Below, piece by piece: positions 61,326-64,000 of a DNA stretch of 64,000 nt. Below the pieces are notes generated by a model that had not been told where the DNA came from, searched no databases, and worked only from the letters and a program-made list of their open reading frames with translations. The DNA lies in contig CAVTNR010000012.1 of assembly GCA_963736115.1 (NCBI GenBank), positions 92,147-156,146 on the forward strand. The letters run 5' to 3'. Origin of the DNA: an uncultured bacterium. Lineage in GTDB: Bacteria; Zhuqueibacterota; QNDG01; DTFT01. Made by a program: the position numbers and the translations under genes. Position 1 is the first letter of the stretch. Each line of letters starts with the position of its first letter.

Positions 61326-61524
61326 AGAAGTTCATAGTTGAGAGTTCATGGTTCATAGAAAGACAAGTTTTTATGGGCTTTCTGCGCTTTTACGAACTAT
61401 GAACAATACACTCTGAATTGGGTGAATGGTAAAACGGGAACTTTCCGAAAAAAGGTTCCCGTCTTTTTATTCTCCCGGGTCCATCCGCTTCTATTCGACG
61501 GCATGCCGCCGCGTTTCGGAGTGA

Positions 61525-63600
61525 TCAGCCATCCTCCAGTTCCACCGCCAGGCATCCCGGTTCCGACATGCCCTGTTCATCGTAAATCGCTGAATTCCCT
61601 TTGTACTCCTCCCAATCGGCCATATGCCGGACCACCCTGGCTCTGAACACCTCCGCGGAGTCCGGATGGAACACGCAGAACGGGCACACCCAGTTTCCGC
61701 TGACCATGTTGTGAACCGAGACTTCGAAACGTCCCAACGTGCTGTCCCAGGTGCCGGGATTTCCGAGTACGGTTCCCGGCGAGACCATGTCGCCCGTTTC
61801 GACGCGCGGGTTCCGGACATGGTCGTAGCATACCGTCCAAAGGGGATTTCGAACGGACCGGACCAGAATTTCATAATCCTGCATTTCGCTCTGGTAGTTG
61901 AATTGCTCAACCCGGCCTTCGGCTATGGCGGTGACAAGAGCATCCTTGACGATCTTGTACTCAAAGGTGTTCAGCACCTTCGTCTGGCCGCCTCCGGCCG
62001 GCACGACATCGCCGAACTCGCTGAAGAGTTTCAGTTCACCCGACTTGAAAAGGAAGTCGCCGGCCCGGTTGGTCGAACGGTTCCATGGAGCGAAACGAAC
62101 TCCAAGTCCATGGATGAAGAATGCGGGAACCAATTCCGGAATTTCCGCGTGGTTTACGACTTCCGCGGCGCAGCCGGGCATCGCCTGCGCCGACTCGTCG
62201 TAAACCGCCGGGTCCCCCTTGAACACTTCCCAATCGGACATCAATCGCGCCGCCTTTGCCTTGACCGCGTCGACCGTGACGGGATCGAACAGGCTGAACG
62301 GGCAATGCGAGAATCGGTTCGTCGTGTTGATGATCATGAACTGGAACCGTCCGAGATCATCGTCCCAGTCTCCCGGATTGCCCAGGACGACGCCCGCGGG
62401 AATCGTGTCGTTGAGAGTGACCGCCGGATTCCGTATGTGCCCGTAATAAACGTCCCATTGAGGATCCACGGCCGAACGGACGGTGATGCCGTAATCCTGT
62501 GTGTCCTCCCGAAAATCCATCTGAACGACTCGGCCCGAAGCTACGCTTCTAACGGACGCATTTTTCAAGACACGGCATTCGAAAGCGGGAAAATCCCGGG
62601 CCGCGCCGGTTGCATCCGTCACCCGGGCCCCGAATTCCACGAATACCCTGTCTTCCCCGGTTTTGAACAGAAAGTCACCCGCCCGGTTTGTGGATGGATT
62701 CCAGGGGCCGAATTCAACGCCGAGATTACGGACCAGGAACTCGGTCTCCTCGGCCGGAACCGGATCCGGATCGGGGCCCGGGTCAGGATTCGGATCTTCT
62801 CCGGGATCCGGATCCGGTATTGCGATATCCGCTTCCGTATCGCTCAGGGACAGAATTCGGCAACCGGTCGTCTCCTGGCCTTCCTGGTTATAGATCGCCG
62901 CATCTTTCTTGAATGCCTCCCAATCGGCCATATGCCGGGCCAGCTTCGCACCGATGGATTCCACGTCGGATGAATCGAGGAAGCTCAACGGGCAGTACGA
63001 ATACCGGTCTGTCGTATTGACGACCATGATCTGAAATCGCCCGAGATCGTCGCTCCATCGCCCGGCGATTCCCAGACGGCTCCCCGCGAAAACCGTGTCC
63101 CCGACAGCGACTTCCGGCTCCCGGACATGACTGTAGCATACGTCCCAACGGGGATCCGCGATCGATCGGGTCAGTATCCGGTATTCCCCGGTTTGACTCC
63201 GGATATTCAACTCCACAACACGGCTCTTGGCCACAGCATGAACGGGCGTATTCCGGACGATTCTGTACTCGAAAGCCGGGAACGCCTTAACCCGGCCATC
63301 CGAGGTTGTTTCCCTCGACCCGAATTCAATGAATACTTTGCGTTCTCCGGATTTGAACAGAAAGTCGCCCGCCCGGTTGGTGACCCGGTTCCAAGGGCCG
63401 AATTCCACGCCAAGCCCGCGGAGAACGAAAATGGAGTCCTCAACCGGCAATGGGTCCGGCACCGTGTTTCCGTCCATATTGTTATTTTCGGGTTCGGTGC
63501 TCTTCTGGCAGAAAAGAAGAAACAGGAGGCCCGTCAGAGCCAGTGTGGTTCCCAGGCTCCATGAGGTCACAAATGCCGGATGTCGAAGCGGGGATCGCAT
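61525..63600 (-). CDS. lipoprotein with three tandem roughly 230-aa repeats resembling degenerate (catalytically dead) M23/LytM domains
   Basis: RBS GGAGG; lipobox; triple repeat GDFLFK..GE..F.EFG ... Y.H.R.P.V..GD.V..G..LG..G..LGRFQ; PDPDPGEDPNPDPGPDPDP linker. Confidence 0.5.
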   Translation of the reverse strand: MRSPLRHPAFVTSWSLGTTLALTGLLFLLFCQKSTEPENNNMDGNTVPDPLPVEDSIFVLRGLGVEFGPWNRVTNRAGDFLFKSGERKVFIEFGSRETTSDGRVKAFPAFEYRIVRNTPVHAVAKSRVVELNIRSQTGEYRILTRSIADPRWDVCYSHVREPEVAVGDTVFAGSRLGIAGRWSDDLGRFQIMVVNTTDRYSYCPLSFLDSSDVESIGAKLARHMADWEAFKKDAAIYNQEGQETTGCRILSLSDTEADIAIPDPDPGEDPNPDPGPDPDPVPAEETEFLVRNLGVEFGPWNPSTNRAGDFLFKTGEDRVFVEFGARVTDATGAARDFPAFECRVLKNASVRSVASGRVVQMDFREDTQDYGITVRSAVDPQWDVYYGHIRNPAVTLNDTIPAGVVLGNPGDWDDDLGRFQFMIINTTNRFSHCPFSLFDPVTVDAVKAKAARLMSDWEVFKGDPAVYDESAQAMPGCAAEVVNHAEIPELVPAFFIHGLGVRFAPWNRSTNRAGDFLFKSGELKLFSEFGDVVPAGGGQTKVLNTFEYKIVKDALVTAIAEGRVEQFNYQSEMQDYEILVRSVRNPLWTVCYDHVRNPRVETGDMVSPGTVLGNPGTWDSTLGRFEVSVHNMVSGNWVCPFCVFHPDSAEVFRARVVRHMADWEEYKGNSAIYDEQGMSEPGCLAVELEDG

Positions 63601-63683
63601 TGTAGTTTCCTCCCGGTTTGCCGCACCGACCGCGCAGTATGCGAACCTCCCGAAGGCTGAAAGTCTTCGGGAGGTCCGGCTAG

Positions 63684-64000
63684 CTAGTATGCATCCGCGA
63701 TGATCTCCATCCACTTCCCTGCCTCCGCCTGCATCGCCGCGGGCTCCTGGATTTTCCGGCACACAGCCGATCCGCAGAAAATCCCCTCCCGGTCGTAGGC
63801 GGCCAACTCCTTCAGATTGTCCATGGAAATGCCGCCCGTGTAGACCATCCGGAGGCCTTTGTACGCGCTTTTGTACTGTTTGGACAGCGAATAAAAGCGC
63901 GTATGCTCCGTAACCGCGGGGAAAAGCTTGTACACCCATTGGTGGGGATGCTTCTCCCGCAATTCCTCCAGCTCGCATTTGTACAGGTCCGCCTTCTGAA
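63684..64000 (-). CDS. eda: KDPG/KHG aldolase, C-terminal part (5' beyond window)
   Basis: LFPA...TGGISMDNLKELAA...FCGSAV pattern matches Eda C-terminus. Confidence 0.55.
   Translation of the reverse strand, partial: QKADLYKCELEELREKHPHQWVYKLFPAVTEHTRFYSLSKQYKSAYKGLRMVYTGGISMDNLKELAAYDREGIFCGSAVCRKIQEPAAMQAEAGKWMEIIADAY

Overview
This is a high-GC (about 65%) bacterial chromosomal segment carrying several proteins with type IX secretion system (T9SS) C-terminal sorting domains, so it most likely comes from a non-Bacteroidia member of the FCB group. The lineage cannot be identified more precisely from sequence alone.

Layout of the window:
- 1..15450: core genes, including the carB 3' end, a C25 (gingipain-like) peptidase with a T9SS C-terminal domain, a TolB-like lipoprotein, a GH30 hydrolase, an AraC-family regulator and an alpha/beta hydrolase.
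- About 15450..21630: a low-GC island. Its small ORFs all lie on the minus strand, and each is followed by a roughly 100-bp imperfect palindromic repeat whose termini match integron attC core sites (RYYYAAC ... GTTRRRY). It carries a ParE/RelE toxin with its antitoxin, a decayed B12-binding radical SAM gene, a frameshifted DsrE-like gene, and an aqpZ gene with an in-frame TGA. No integron integrase is visible, so this is best read as a cassette array without integrase (CALIN), which appears to have truncated a T9SS cargo gene at its left edge.
- 22447..38654: a tandemly duplicated four-gene minus-strand locus. Each copy has a SusC-like TonB-dependent receptor, a roughly 720-aa surface protein with a T9SS-type C-terminal domain, a PorV/PorQ-like outer-membrane barrel and an IPT/TIG beta-propeller lipoprotein. 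A 1.44-kb block is 100% identical between the two copies.
- 39518..53790: a xylan/hemicellulose cluster with GH2, two T9SS-tagged GH10 xylanases, a clan GH-A hydrolase, two tandem periplasmic-propeller sensor kinases (the second frameshifted) and a stand-alone response regulator.
- 54015..64000: a frameshifted nitroreductase, a PlpD-like patatin/Omp85 protein, an MFS transporter, an XRE-cupin regulator, a lipoprotein built from three degenerate M23-like repeats, and the eda 3' end.

Several frameshifts sit in homopolymer runs and could be sequencing errors rather than real pseudogenes. No rRNA, tRNA or CRISPR array was recognised.
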